From contig JBDLKA010000098.1 in the NCBI GenBank assembly GCA_039714075.1, positions 1 through 12,308 on the forward strand: a stretch of 12,308 nt of DNA. The letters run 5' to 3'. Under the pieces are notes generated by a model. The model had not been told where the DNA came from. It saw only the letters and a program-made list of their open reading frames with translations, and did not search any database. Numbering within the stretch: position 1 is the first letter of the stretch; the number at the start of each line of letters is the position of its first letter. The position numbers and the translations under genes were made by a program. The DNA is from Candidatus Krumholzibacteriota bacterium. GTDB lineage: Bacteria > Krumholzibacteriota > Krumholzibacteriia > LZORAL124-64-63. Positions 1 through 9,475 of the stretch are shown here, in pieces.

Positions 1-150
1 GTCGACATCACGACTCCGGCTTTTCCGACAAATGTTGCCGTGGCAGGCGGATTTTCCGTCAACGGTTCGGTGGTTGCGATTACGTCATCGGGCCTGTGCG
101 TGGTCGCGGGCGAGGATCTGGGGGTCGTACCTCTCCAGTGCGGAAATTGA
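1..150 (+). CDS. 3' end (5'-truncated by window) of a probable LVIVD-like beta-propeller protein
   Basis: Frame +1 is open from base 1 to TGA 148-150: VDITTPAFPTNVAVAGGFSVNGSVVAITSSGLCVVAGEDLGVVPLQCGN*. VDITTPAFPT resembles the IDISNPASPQ repeat motif, and VVPLQC resembles the SVYPANC end of the repeats in 10003..12222. Absent from the ORF track; converges on dgt. Confidence 0.6.
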   Translation, partial: VDITTPAFPTNVAVAGGFSVNGSVVAITSSGLCVVAGEDLGVVPLQCGN

Positions 151-181
151 GCCGCCGGGGGCCGTTCCGTCTTTCCGACCC

Positions 182-1447
182 TCAAACCAGATCCACAATG
201 GACCCGAAATCCGGGTCGAAAAGCCGCTTGTAGATCCGGATGGCGTAACCATCGGTCATGCCTGCCAGGTAGTCGCAGATGATGCGGGCGCGGGTGTTCA
301 GGTCGTCACCGGCCTGGGACATTTCCTCTTCGAAATCACGGGACAACAAGGCTCCGTCTGAAGGCGTGCCTTGTAGATATTTTTCCTGGAGGGCGCCGAA
401 CAGACGTTCGAGCATGAAGCCGCCCTTGTGCTCCAGCTGGCAGACCTGGGGCGACTGGAACACCATGTTCCTGGCCAAGCGTGCGTAGAGTTTCTGTTCC
501 TTTACCGTATCCGGATCCACGACCATGCCGAACTTGTAGCGATTGGTCCGGTCGCTCATGAAATTTTCCCGCTCGACCAGGGAACAGGCCTCGACGAAGG
601 TGCCGATCTTGCGGTTCATCGACCGGTCCAGTTCGCCCGCGCCGATGACCTGGATCAACTCCTCGATGATGCGACTTTCCCCGGCGTCCAGGTTCTGGTC
701 GGCGGCCCAGCGGCTGACCCTGTCCATGGTCACGAAACCGGCGTGGGCGCTGTCCACCAAGTCGTTCAGGGAGTAGGCGGTGTCATCGGCCCAGTCCATG
801 ATCTGGCATTCCAGACTGCGGAAGCCGTTGAGTTTTTTCCCGGGCGTCAGATCCGCGGGGAACGAGGCGCCGTCGAAAACGAAATCCAGGAATTTCTGCT
901 GGTCGTCGAATATGAAATGTTTCTTCGGGTCGTCCCACTGGCTGAACAGGGTCTTGTATTTCAGGACGCCGTCCATGAAGGCGCGGGTCGGGTTCATGCC
1001 GCGCCGGCTGCGTCCGCTGGTGAAGATGATCTCGGTGATCAGCCGCAGCGTCTGGGCGTTGCCCTCGAATCCGCCGAAGGGTTTCATCAGGCGGTGCAGG
1101 GTGCTTTCCCCGGCGTGCCCGAAGGGAGGATGCCCGATGTCGTGGGCCAGGGCCGATGATTCGACCAGGGCGTTGTCGATGGAAAATCCATCGCCAAGGA
1201 GACCACCGGATTCGTTCAGGTAACGGGCAATGGAGCCCGCGATCTGGGCCACCTCGATGGAGTGGGTCAGGCGCGTGCGGTAGAAGTCGTATTCGCCGGA
1301 CAGGAACACCTGGGTCTTGGCCTGCAGGCGGCGGAAGGCGGCGTTGTGGATCAGGCGGTCCCGGCCGCGCTGGAAGACGCTGCGGTAGTCCTGTTCGCGC
1401 GGATCGAGTTCCTCGCGATCGAAGTCGTTGTAGAATTCGTTGGTCAT
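182..1447 (-). CDS. dgt: Deoxyguanosinetriphosphate triphosphohydrolase (HD-domain dGTPase/dNTPase)
   Basis: 421 aa with family motifs AFRRLQAKTQVF, RTRLTHSIEVAQIA, LAHDIGHPPFGHAGE (HD), FEGNAQ, ADDTAY and C-terminal DYLAGMTD. Start overlaps the upstream stop (ATGA, 1444-1447). Confidence 0.95.
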   Translation of the reverse strand: MTNEFYNDFDREELDPREQDYRSVFQRGRDRLIHNAAFRRLQAKTQVFLSGEYDFYRTRLTHSIEVAQIAGSIARYLNESGGLLGDGFSIDNALVESSALAHDIGHPPFGHAGESTLHRLMKPFGGFEGNAQTLRLITEIIFTSGRSRRGMNPTRAFMDGVLKYKTLFSQWDDPKKHFIFDDQQKFLDFVFDGASFPADLTPGKKLNGFRSLECQIMDWADDTAYSLNDLVDSAHAGFVTMDRVSRWAADQNLDAGESRIIEELIQVIGAGELDRSMNRKIGTFVEACSLVERENFMSDRTNRYKFGMVVDPDTVKEQKLYARLARNMVFQSPQVCQLEHKGGFMLERLFGALQEKYLQGTPSDGALLSRDFEEEMSQAGDDLNTRARIICDYLAGMTDGYAIRIYKRLFDPDFGSIVDLV

Positions 1448-2271
1448 GAACGGTCTTCTTTCCGGGAGGAACGTTGGCGAACGGCTTCATAGAGAAGCAC
1501 GGCCGCCGAGGTGGAAACATTCAGCGAGTCGCCGGTCCCGAGCATGGGGATGCCCACCGTCAGGTCGGCCCCGGTCAGCCAGGTGGCGCTCAGGCCGTCG
1601 TGTTCGGACCCCAGGATGATGGCCGTCGGACCGTCCAGCCCGATTTCATCCCAGCGATGGTCTGCCACCGGACTGGTGGCTACCGCGGCGATGGACCGGG
1701 AGCGTAGGAATTCCTGCACCGTTTCCGTGTCCGCGGCCACCGTCTGTACCGAAAAGAACGATCCGCGCGAGGCGCGCAGGACGTTGGGGTTGAACAGGTC
1801 CGTGCCGCCGCCGCAGACGATCACCGCGTCGGCGCCCGCCCCGTCCGCCACCCGAAGCACCGCGCCCAGGTTGCCCGGTTTTTCCACCGCCTCGAGCACC
1901 ACCAGCAGCGGCGAGGACCGAAGCTCCAGCCCCGAAAGCTCCCGGGTCAGCTGGGGAGCCACCAGCAGCAGTCCTTCGGCCTGTTCCCGGTAGGAGATCT
2001 TGTCCATGACCGCTTCGTCGACCTTGATGATCTCCAGGCCGGGCACTTCCAGCAGGCGATCCAGCAGCTCCTTGTGCTCGGTGGCGATGCGGCCGGGACA
2101 GAAAAACAGGGTCTGCAACGGGTAGCCCGCGTCCAGGGCCCGGGAGATGACGAGGGGCTCCTCGATCAGGGTCAATCGCAGGCGGTCCCGTTCACGCCGT
2201 GAACGCAACCGGACCAGCTCCTTGACGCGGTCGTTCTGCAGGCTGGTGATGGTCAGGGGTTCGTCGGTCAT
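1444..2271 (-). CDS. TrmH/SpoU-family (SPOUT) RNA methyltransferase
   Basis: 275 aa. N-terminal ITSLQNDRVKEL and SPOUT motifs EKPGNLGAVLR, ILGSEHDGLS, IPMLGTGDSLNVSTSAAVLLYE. ATGA overlaps at both ends. Confidence 0.93.
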   Translation of the reverse strand: MTDEPLTITSLQNDRVKELVRLRSRRERDRLRLTLIEEPLVISRALDAGYPLQTLFFCPGRIATEHKELLDRLLEVPGLEIIKVDEAVMDKISYREQAEGLLLVAPQLTRELSGLELRSSPLLVVLEAVEKPGNLGAVLRVADGAGADAVIVCGGGTDLFNPNVLRASRGSFFSVQTVAADTETVQEFLRSRSIAAVATSPVADHRWDEIGLDGPTAIILGSEHDGLSATWLTGADLTVGIPMLGTGDSLNVSTSAAVLLYEAVRQRSSRKEDRS

Positions 2272-2708
2272 GATTCCGTATCCCCGAACAGGGCTGATTT
2301 CCTGACTGCCTCAGGAACGGCTGCGATTTTCCGGCTATGGTAATCGAAACAGGCCATCCCGTTTTCGACCAGGGCGATTTCCCGGCCGTCGGCCGGGCGG
2401 CTGATCCGGTAGAAGATACGAAAACCGGTACGGGACGGCTCTCCTGCCGCCACCTCGAACAACAGGGAGTCGCCGGCGAAGGCTTCCGCCTGATAGACCA
2501 CCGCGGTGTCGCCCATGATCAGGCTTACCCCGCCGAAATCCAGCTCGCTCATTCCCTGGTCGGCCAGAAAGGCCACCCGGGCTTCGTGAACCAGCGTCAG
2601 CAGACGGTCGTTGCCCAGATGTCCGCCGTAATTCAGGTCGGTGGTGCGAACGGTCAATTCGCAGGTGAAGGGGTAGGCGGCAAGCGGTTGCAGTTTCAGC
2701 CGGGGCAT
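2268..2708 (-). CDS. Hotdog-fold acyl-CoA thioesterase family protein (4HBT-like)
   Basis: Motif VRTTDLNYGGHLGNDRLLTLVHEAR. Start moved to ATG 2708 (146 aa, MPRLKL...) because AGGAG lies just upstream (plus strand ctcct 2716-2720). Confidence 0.88.
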   Translation of the reverse strand: MPRLKLQPLAAYPFTCELTVRTTDLNYGGHLGNDRLLTLVHEARVAFLADQGMSELDFGGVSLIMGDTAVVYQAEAFAGDSLLFEVAAGEPSRTGFRIFYRISRPADGREIALVENGMACFDYHSRKIAAVPEAVRKSALFGDTES

Positions 2709-2778
2709 GATTGGGCTCCTGGATCGAGGTCGGTCATGTCCGCCCAATCTAGATCATGGCCCCGGTGCAGGGAAGGGT

Positions 2779-2801
2779 AAAAGGCCCCCCGGGGGGCCTT
2801 T
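2779..2801 (-). terminator. Probable intrinsic terminator after the DUF418 gene
   Basis: Perfect 22-bp palindrome AAAGGCCCCCCGGGGGGCCTTT (2780-2801) a few nt after the stop at 2806; ends in TTTT on the minus strand. Confidence 0.7.
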
Positions 2802-2805
2802 CGGA

Positions 2806-4038
2806 TCAGGAGCGCCGAAACCGCTGCAGGCCCAGGTAGGACAGGCTGCGCCACAGCCATTCCACCGGGCCGAAGCGGAAACGATCCAGCCACAGGGGCG
2901 ACCACCACAGCTGCAAAACCCAGACGGCAACCATGATCCCCGCCTGCCCGATCCGGGGCACCGAACCGAACAGGGCCAGCCCGTATCCGTAGAAGATCAG
3001 CGAACACACCACGGTCTGCATCAGGTAGTTGGTCAGGGCCATGCGCCCCACCGCGGCCAGGCGGCGACGCAATTCCGGCAGGGCGCCGCTTTGGCACATC
3101 AGCATGACCAGGCCGATCCAGCCCAGGGCGGTGAAAAAACTGCCCACGTAATTGTACTGCCCCAGGATGAAGAACGAGGGGATGGGGTCCCAGCCGGTGG
3201 CGAAATTTCGGATGATGCCCAGCCCCGTCAGCGGGATTCCCAGCAGCAGGCCCAGCAGAATGAAGATCACGTAGGTTCGGCGGCGGGCCCGGGCCGAGAG
3301 CACGCCCCACTTGAACAAGGCCATGCCCAGCAGCATGGACCCGGCTCCGCGCCACACCATGTAGAAGGGAAAGACCGTGGCGTGCATGTAGGCGGAGTTG
3401 GGAACACGGACCCTCATCTGCGAGGTAAAGCCGCCGCGCATGTTTTCGATTTCCTCGGCGATTTCTTCAGCCGGCGGGATGAATCCCTCTTCGAACTGGG
3501 TGATAACTTCCTCGGGCCAGGCGCGGGAACTCCAGCCGGTCAGGCAGGAGAAGGACATCCCGATGATCAGGAAAGCCAGCCCCGCCAACACCAGCCGCCC
3601 CGGTCGGACGTTGCGGAACAGGAAAACGAACAGTCCGCACAGGGCGTAGCTGACCAGGATGTCGCCGGGCCACAACAGGTAGGCGTGGACCAGACCGATG
3701 ACCAGCAGCCACCACATGCGCCGGTAGTGCAGGCCGGCGAAGCCGCGGCCGGCGGCCCGGGCGCGGTCGTTCATCAATACGATGCCTGCGCCGAAGAGCA
3801 TGGAAAAAATGGTGATGAATTTGCTGCTGGCCAGCAGCTCGCCCAGGTGCCAGACGACGGCATTGACGCCCGTCAGGTCCCCGTACGCGGTGGGGAAGAA
3901 GTAGGCTGCGTCCGGCATGGCGAAGACCTGGATGTTCATTACCAGAATGCCCAGCAGGGCGAAGCCCCGCAGGGTGTCCAGGGCGTCGATTCTCTCTCCG
4001 CCCGCAACCGGTTTCAGGCGGGGATCGGGGTTGTCCAT
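2806..4038 (-). CDS. DUF418 (YeiB-like) multi-pass membrane protein
   Basis: Motifs RIDALDTLRGFALLGILVMNI, KFITIFSMLFGAG, WPGDILVSYA, GRMALTNYLMQT, FRFGPVEWLWR. Start moved to ATG 4038 (410 aa) with GGAGGAG RBS; the longer ORF overlaps nupC. Confidence 0.9.
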   Translation of the reverse strand: MDNPDPRLKPVAGGERIDALDTLRGFALLGILVMNIQVFAMPDAAYFFPTAYGDLTGVNAVVWHLGELLASSKFITIFSMLFGAGIVLMNDRARAAGRGFAGLHYRRMWWLLVIGLVHAYLLWPGDILVSYALCGLFVFLFRNVRPGRLVLAGLAFLIIGMSFSCLTGWSSRAWPEEVITQFEEGFIPPAEEIAEEIENMRGGFTSQMRVRVPNSAYMHATVFPFYMVWRGAGSMLLGMALFKWGVLSARARRRTYVIFILLGLLLGIPLTGLGIIRNFATGWDPIPSFFILGQYNYVGSFFTALGWIGLVMLMCQSGALPELRRRLAAVGRMALTNYLMQTVVCSLIFYGYGLALFGSVPRIGQAGIMVAVWVLQLWWSPLWLDRFRFGPVEWLWRSLSYLGLQRFRRS

Positions 4039-4052
4039 GACTCCTCCGGGTT

Positions 4053-5333
4053 TCAGCCCACCAGCACCCCGGCAATGGTCGCGGTCAACCAAGAGGCCAA
4101 CGCCCCGCCGAACATGGCCTTCAGGCCGAGGGCGGCCACGTCGGCCCGGCGGGAGGGCATGATCGTGCCGATGCCTCCGATCTGGATGGCGATGCTGGAA
4201 AAGTTGGCGAAGCCGCACAGTGCGTAGGTGCCGATCACGACGCTGCGGGGCGACAAGGCGCCGCTGTCACGCGCGGTAACCAGCTCGATGTAGCCCACGA
4301 ATTCGTTGACCGCGATCTTGGTGCCCAGAAGGTTGCCGAAGGCGGCGGCCTCGCTCCAAGGCACGCCCATCACCCAGGCGATGGGGGAGAAGACCCAGCC
4401 GAAGATCTGCTGCAGCGACAGCCCCGCGAACCCCAGCCCGTAGTTCACCATGGCCACCAGGGCGATGAAGGCCAGCAGCATGGCGCCGATGTTGGCAGCC
4501 AGCCGAAGGCCCACGCCCGCCCCGCCGGCCGCGGCGTCCAGCACGTTGGCGTATTCGCGCGGCACATCGAGGGTGACGGTGCCGCGGGTGGGGGAATCCT
4601 CGGTTTCGGGATACATGATCTTGGCCACGACCAGGGCCGCCGGCGCCGACATCACGCTGGCGGCCAGCAGATGCCCGGCATCGACCCCGAAGCGCACGTA
4701 GGCGGCCATCACGCCGCCGGCGACCGTGGCGAAGCCGCCGACCATGATGGCCATCAGTTCGCTTTGGGTCATCGTCGGCAGGTAGGGGCGGATCACCAGG
4801 GGCGCCTCGGTCTGGCCCACGAACACGTTGGCGGCGCAGGAGAAACTTTCGCTGCCGCTGGTGCCCATGGTTTTGCGCATGACCCAGGCCATGCCGCGGA
4901 TCAGCAGCTGCATGACGCCCAGGTGGTACAAAAGGGCCATCAGGCTGGAAAAGAAGATGATCGTCGGCAGGATGTGGATGACGAACACGGTGCCGATGGG
5001 CATGAGCTGGCCGGTGATCGAATCGGTCACCTGGATGTGGCCCGCCTCGGGATTGACGTGGGCCACCAGGTCTTCGCTGGTGCGGTAGAGGTTGCCCCAC
5101 AGGAAGGAGGTTCCGGCATCGGTGAAGGCCAGAAGCCGGGTCACGAACACGCGGGCGCCGGAAAATACCGCCTGGCCCCAGGGGGTGCGCAACAGGAGCA
5201 CGGCCAGGATGAGCTGCAGGCCCAGGCCCCAGCCCGCCACCCGCCAGGGGAAGCGCTTGCGGTTGTTGCTCAGGAGCCAGGCGATGAACAGCAACGCGAA
5301 GATACCCAGCAGGGAAATGAGATTGTCGAGCAA
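4053..5333 (-). CDS. nupC: NupC/CNT-family concentrative nucleoside transporter
   Basis: 426 aa with CNT motifs LPTIIFFSSL, FVGQTEAPL, GGFATVAGGV, ASVMSAP, NEFVGY, YALCGFANFSS. TTG start with GGGAGG RBS (cctccc 5339-5344). Confidence 0.93.
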   Translation of the reverse strand: MLDNLISLLGIFALLFIAWLLSNNRKRFPWRVAGWGLGLQLILAVLLLRTPWGQAVFSGARVFVTRLLAFTDAGTSFLWGNLYRTSEDLVAHVNPEAGHIQVTDSITGQLMPIGTVFVIHILPTIIFFSSLMALLYHLGVMQLLIRGMAWVMRKTMGTSGSESFSCAANVFVGQTEAPLVIRPYLPTMTQSELMAIMVGGFATVAGGVMAAYVRFGVDAGHLLAASVMSAPAALVVAKIMYPETEDSPTRGTVTLDVPREYANVLDAAAGGAGVGLRLAANIGAMLLAFIALVAMVNYGLGFAGLSLQQIFGWVFSPIAWVMGVPWSEAAAFGNLLGTKIAVNEFVGYIELVTARDSGALSPRSVVIGTYALCGFANFSSIAIQIGGIGTIMPSRRADVAALGLKAMFGGALASWLTATIAGVLVG

Positions 5334-5409
5334 AGCGGCCTCCCATAGAGAAAAAGAGCGGATTTCCGCCGATTATTCCCGAATAACGACCATTTGGTCC
5401 ACTACCAAA

Positions 5410-5438
5410 TTGACAGTCGGGGGGTTGGCGGGTATTTT
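5410..5438 (+). promoter_or_regulatory. Sigma70-type promoter for udk-hpt-guaB
   Basis: TTGACA (5410-5415), 17-bp spacer, TATTTT (5433-5438). Confidence 0.65.
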
Positions 5439-5444
5439 TCGGCC

Positions 5445-6137
5445 ATGAAGGAACTGGATGGCAAACCACTCCCCCCTGTCATCATCGGGATTGCAGGCGG
5501 CTCGGGCTCCGGCAAGACGACGGTGGCCCATCGCGTGCGGGAAGCCTGCCCCGGAAAGACCATCCAGATCATCCATCACGATTCCTACTACCACGACAAT
5601 TCCCACCTGACCCTGGAACAGCGGGCCGAGATCAACTACGACCATCCCAACGCCTTCGAGACCACCCTGCTGGTCGAGCATCTGCAGGAGCTCAGGGCGG
5701 GCAATTCGGTCCAGGTTCCCTGCTACGATTACGCCACGCACAGCCGGTTGGCCGAAACCGAACTGTGTGAAGCCGCGGACATCGTCTTCGTGGAAGGTAT
5801 TCTCGTGCTGGAATCGGCCAGCCTGCGGGAGCTGATGGACATCCGCCTCTACGTCGACGTCGACGCCGACGAGCGTGTGCTGCGGCGCATGAAACGGGAT
5901 ATCCAGAGACGGGGACGGACCATGGAATCGGTCATGGACCAGTACCTGAACGTGGTGCGGCCGATGCATCTGCAGTTCGTGCTGCCGAGCAAACGGTACG
6001 CCCACCTGATCATCCCCGAGGGCGGTTTCAACAAGGTGGCCATCGATCTGATCGCCAACAAGATCCGGAACATCATCCGCGAGCGCGACCGGCTGCGGGC
6101 CCTGGGTCAGGAAATCGAGCAGGCCAAATCGGAATAG
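5445..6137 (+). CDS. udk: Uridine kinase
   Basis: Walker A IGIAGGSGSGKTT, DSYY, NYDHPNAF, VEGILVL, RDIQRRGR, VRPMH, IIPEGG. ATG 5445 chosen (230 aa) because the track start at 5394 lies upstream of the promoter. Confidence 0.95.
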   Translation: MKELDGKPLPPVIIGIAGGSGSGKTTVAHRVREACPGKTIQIIHHDSYYHDNSHLTLEQRAEINYDHPNAFETTLLVEHLQELRAGNSVQVPCYDYATHSRLAETELCEAADIVFVEGILVLESASLRELMDIRLYVDVDADERVLRRMKRDIQRRGRTMESVMDQYLNVVRPMHLQFVLPSKRYAHLIIPEGGFNKVAIDLIANKIRNIIRERDRLRALGQEIEQAKSE

Positions 6138-6195
6138 AAAAGACAGCCGGGACCGGCGCGGCCGATCCCGGGCACCATCAAACTGGAGGCGGACC

Positions 6196-6750
6196 GTGAC
6201 CTTCGACGACCAGGAATACCTGCACCGTTACCCGTTCATCGACCGGATCCTGATTTCCTCGGAGGAAATCCAGCTGCGGGTCCGGCAGCTCGGAAACGAG
6301 ATCAGCCGCGCCTATCAGGACAGCACGCCCATTTTCGTGTGCATCCTGAAGGGGGCCTATCCCTTCCTCGCCGACCTGACCCGCTGCGTTTCGATCGAAC
6401 ACGAAGTGGATTTCATGGCGGTTTCCAGCTATGACGGCGGCACCCAGAGCACCGGCGTGGTGAAGATCGAGAAGGATCTCAAGAGCAATATCACCGACCG
6501 CGACGTCATCCTGGTCGAGGACATCATCGACACCGGGTTGACCATCGCCCACCTGGTGGAACTGCTGGGCACGCGCAACCCGCGCAGCATCCGCGTGGCC
6601 AGCCTGCTGGACAAGAAGCCGGCCCGCCTCAAGGAAGTGCCCCTGCACTACGTCGGCTTCGAGATCCCCAAGGAGTTCGTGATCGGCTACGGGCTGGACT
6701 ACGACGAGAAATACAGGAACCTGCCGTTCATCGGCATCATGAAGGCTTAG
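6196..6750 (+). CDS. hpt: Hypoxanthine phosphoribosyltransferase
   Basis: 184 aa with ILKGA, VSSY, PRPP-binding VILVEDIIDTGLT, FVIGYGLDYDEKYRNLP. GTG start with GGAGG at 6185-6189. Confidence 0.96.
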   Translation: MTFDDQEYLHRYPFIDRILISSEEIQLRVRQLGNEISRAYQDSTPIFVCILKGAYPFLADLTRCVSIEHEVDFMAVSSYDGGTQSTGVVKIEKDLKSNITDRDVILVEDIIDTGLTIAHLVELLGTRNPRSIRVASLLDKKPARLKEVPLHYVGFEIPKEFVIGYGLDYDEKYRNLPFIGIMKA

Positions 6751-8366
<1,616 letters not shown>

Positions 8367-8369
8367 AAG

Positions 8370-8412
8370 GTTAAGAGTGGGGGGTGGCGTTTGAGTCCCG
8401 CTTGGGGAGCCA
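8370..8412 (+). pseudogene. Possible degenerate 3' half of a tRNA-Asn(GTT)
   Basis: GTTTGAGTCCCGCTTGGGGAGCCA (8389-8412) resembles T-loop + acceptor 3' strand + G73 + CCA. GTTAA at 8370-8374 falls at positions 34-38 counted back from the CCA. Stems do not pair and there is no 5' half. Confidence 0.35.
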
Positions 8413-8444
8413 CTCTTCTTTCAGCGGAATAGTCGGGTTGAGAC

Positions 8445-8469
8445 GCAGGCATTCATGGCCTGCTTTTTT
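8445..8469 (+). terminator. Intrinsic terminator
   Basis: GCAGGC-attcatg-GCCTGC followed by TTTTTT (8464-8469). Confidence 0.7.
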
Positions 8470-8512
8470 CGTGCCTATAAGTGCCTGGGATTAAGGGGTT
8501 AGCGGGGGCGGG
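8454..8512 (+). repeat. 59-bp direct repeat, copy A
   Basis: Aligns without gaps to 9476-9534 at 46/59 identity; the first 19 bp (CATGGCCTGCTTTTTTCGT) are identical. Confidence 0.9.
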
Positions 8513-8711
8513 GATTCCGGGGAGCGGGCGTCTCGGGATCTTCGGTTAACAGCGGGGTCGAAATCTGGCTCCAAATTGATCTCGGAGTCTCAGATTTCGT
8601 GTGATAGCCTGATTTTGGTTAACAGGCAGGACTGCCTGTGGAAAATCAAGCACATGATACGTAAAGCGTATTTCAGTCTGTCCCTGCTTCTGTTGGACAG
8701 GCAGGCAAAGG

Positions 8712-9269
8712 TTAATTCAAGAAATCCGTTGTGCCAGTATCGTTTGCGTAAGGTCCACAATGACCACCTTCTAAATAGAGGCATGGTTCATCCCATCCCC
8801 ATGCTGTGATAACAAACCCAAGCGGTTCTCCCCTGGGCCCAATACATAGATTGTAGCCCACCTGACCCGGCGACATAGCAACGGCGTTAAACATTGGTTC
8901 TGTGCGTTCCATGGTGAAGGGGTTGATCATAAGTTTCTTTCCCGGTAGATAAGGCACAATGCCGGAAGGGCCATATGGGGGAATCCCCCAGTCATCTATG
9001 TATTTCCAGATTATCTTCTCCAACTTGTAGGCCTGCCGAATGGTCTGTTGAATCAAGGCATCCTTGTTGGCACCGAGAGGATAATCCAGCCAATTACGGG
9101 ATTTCTGATCGGGGCTGTCCAGTGTAGATTTGGATCCCCTGACGATTGATTCTCCAATTTGTACCTGGGCAGGATCCAATGCCGATTCCGGAGCCGTCGG
9201 GTTCGGTCCCGAACAAGCGGCCAGTCCGAGAATCGTTCCCAGAAATACGATCGAAAAGAGTCGGTTCAT
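8712..9269 (-). CDS. Hypothetical lipoprotein, possibly with a pilin-like globular domain
   Basis: ATG 9269 with GGGGGA RBS (tccccc 9275-9280) gives 185 aa. Signal peptide with lipobox MNRLFSIVFLGTILG-LAA-C, then a P/S-rich linker and a globular C-terminal part. Confidence 0.75.
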   Translation of the reverse strand: MNRLFSIVFLGTILGLAACSGPNPTAPESALDPAQVQIGESIVRGSKSTLDSPDQKSRNWLDYPLGANKDALIQQTIRQAYKLEKIIWKYIDDWGIPPYGPSGIVPYLPGKKLMINPFTMERTEPMFNAVAMSPGQVGYNLCIGPRGEPLGFVITAWGWDEPCLYLEGGHCGPYANDTGTTDFLN

Positions 9270-9475
9270 AATAATCCCCCTATATTGGCAAAAATTGGTT
9301 CTGGCAAAAAAATCCAAATCCGAAACGGCCCAGTCATTCTCTCGCACCAGATTCCATTTAGCCAGCGTAATCTTTGTTTGGTGGTCCGCCCCTTTCCCTA
9401 AAAGTTCTAATAGCGTGTAATCTGCCGATGCGGAAATTCGGGTGGGAACTTTTTAAGGGGTTTGGGTCGGGCTGA

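Noticed and set aside
182..1447. dGTPase as an anti-phage dGTP-depletion defence gene
   Set aside because: Host-like composition, coupled to housekeeping genes, no defence neighbours. A tree against defence-clade dGTPases would be needed to claim more.
8456..8476. Sigma54 -24/-12 promoter in the direct repeat
   Set aside because: The plus strand gives TGGC-N7-TTTC, lacking the GC. The minus-strand GG-N10-GC in copy A lacks the TT and is not conserved in copy B.
8470..8497. dif/pdif site (CGTGCCTATAA resembles a XerC arm)
   Set aside because: No XerD-like TTATGTTAAAT arm after a 6-bp spacer in either repeat copy.
8576..8809. Short ORFs 8576..8809 + and 8590..8784 -
   Set aside because: They overlap the lipoprotein 3' end and the hairpin train, with no RBS or recognisable motif.
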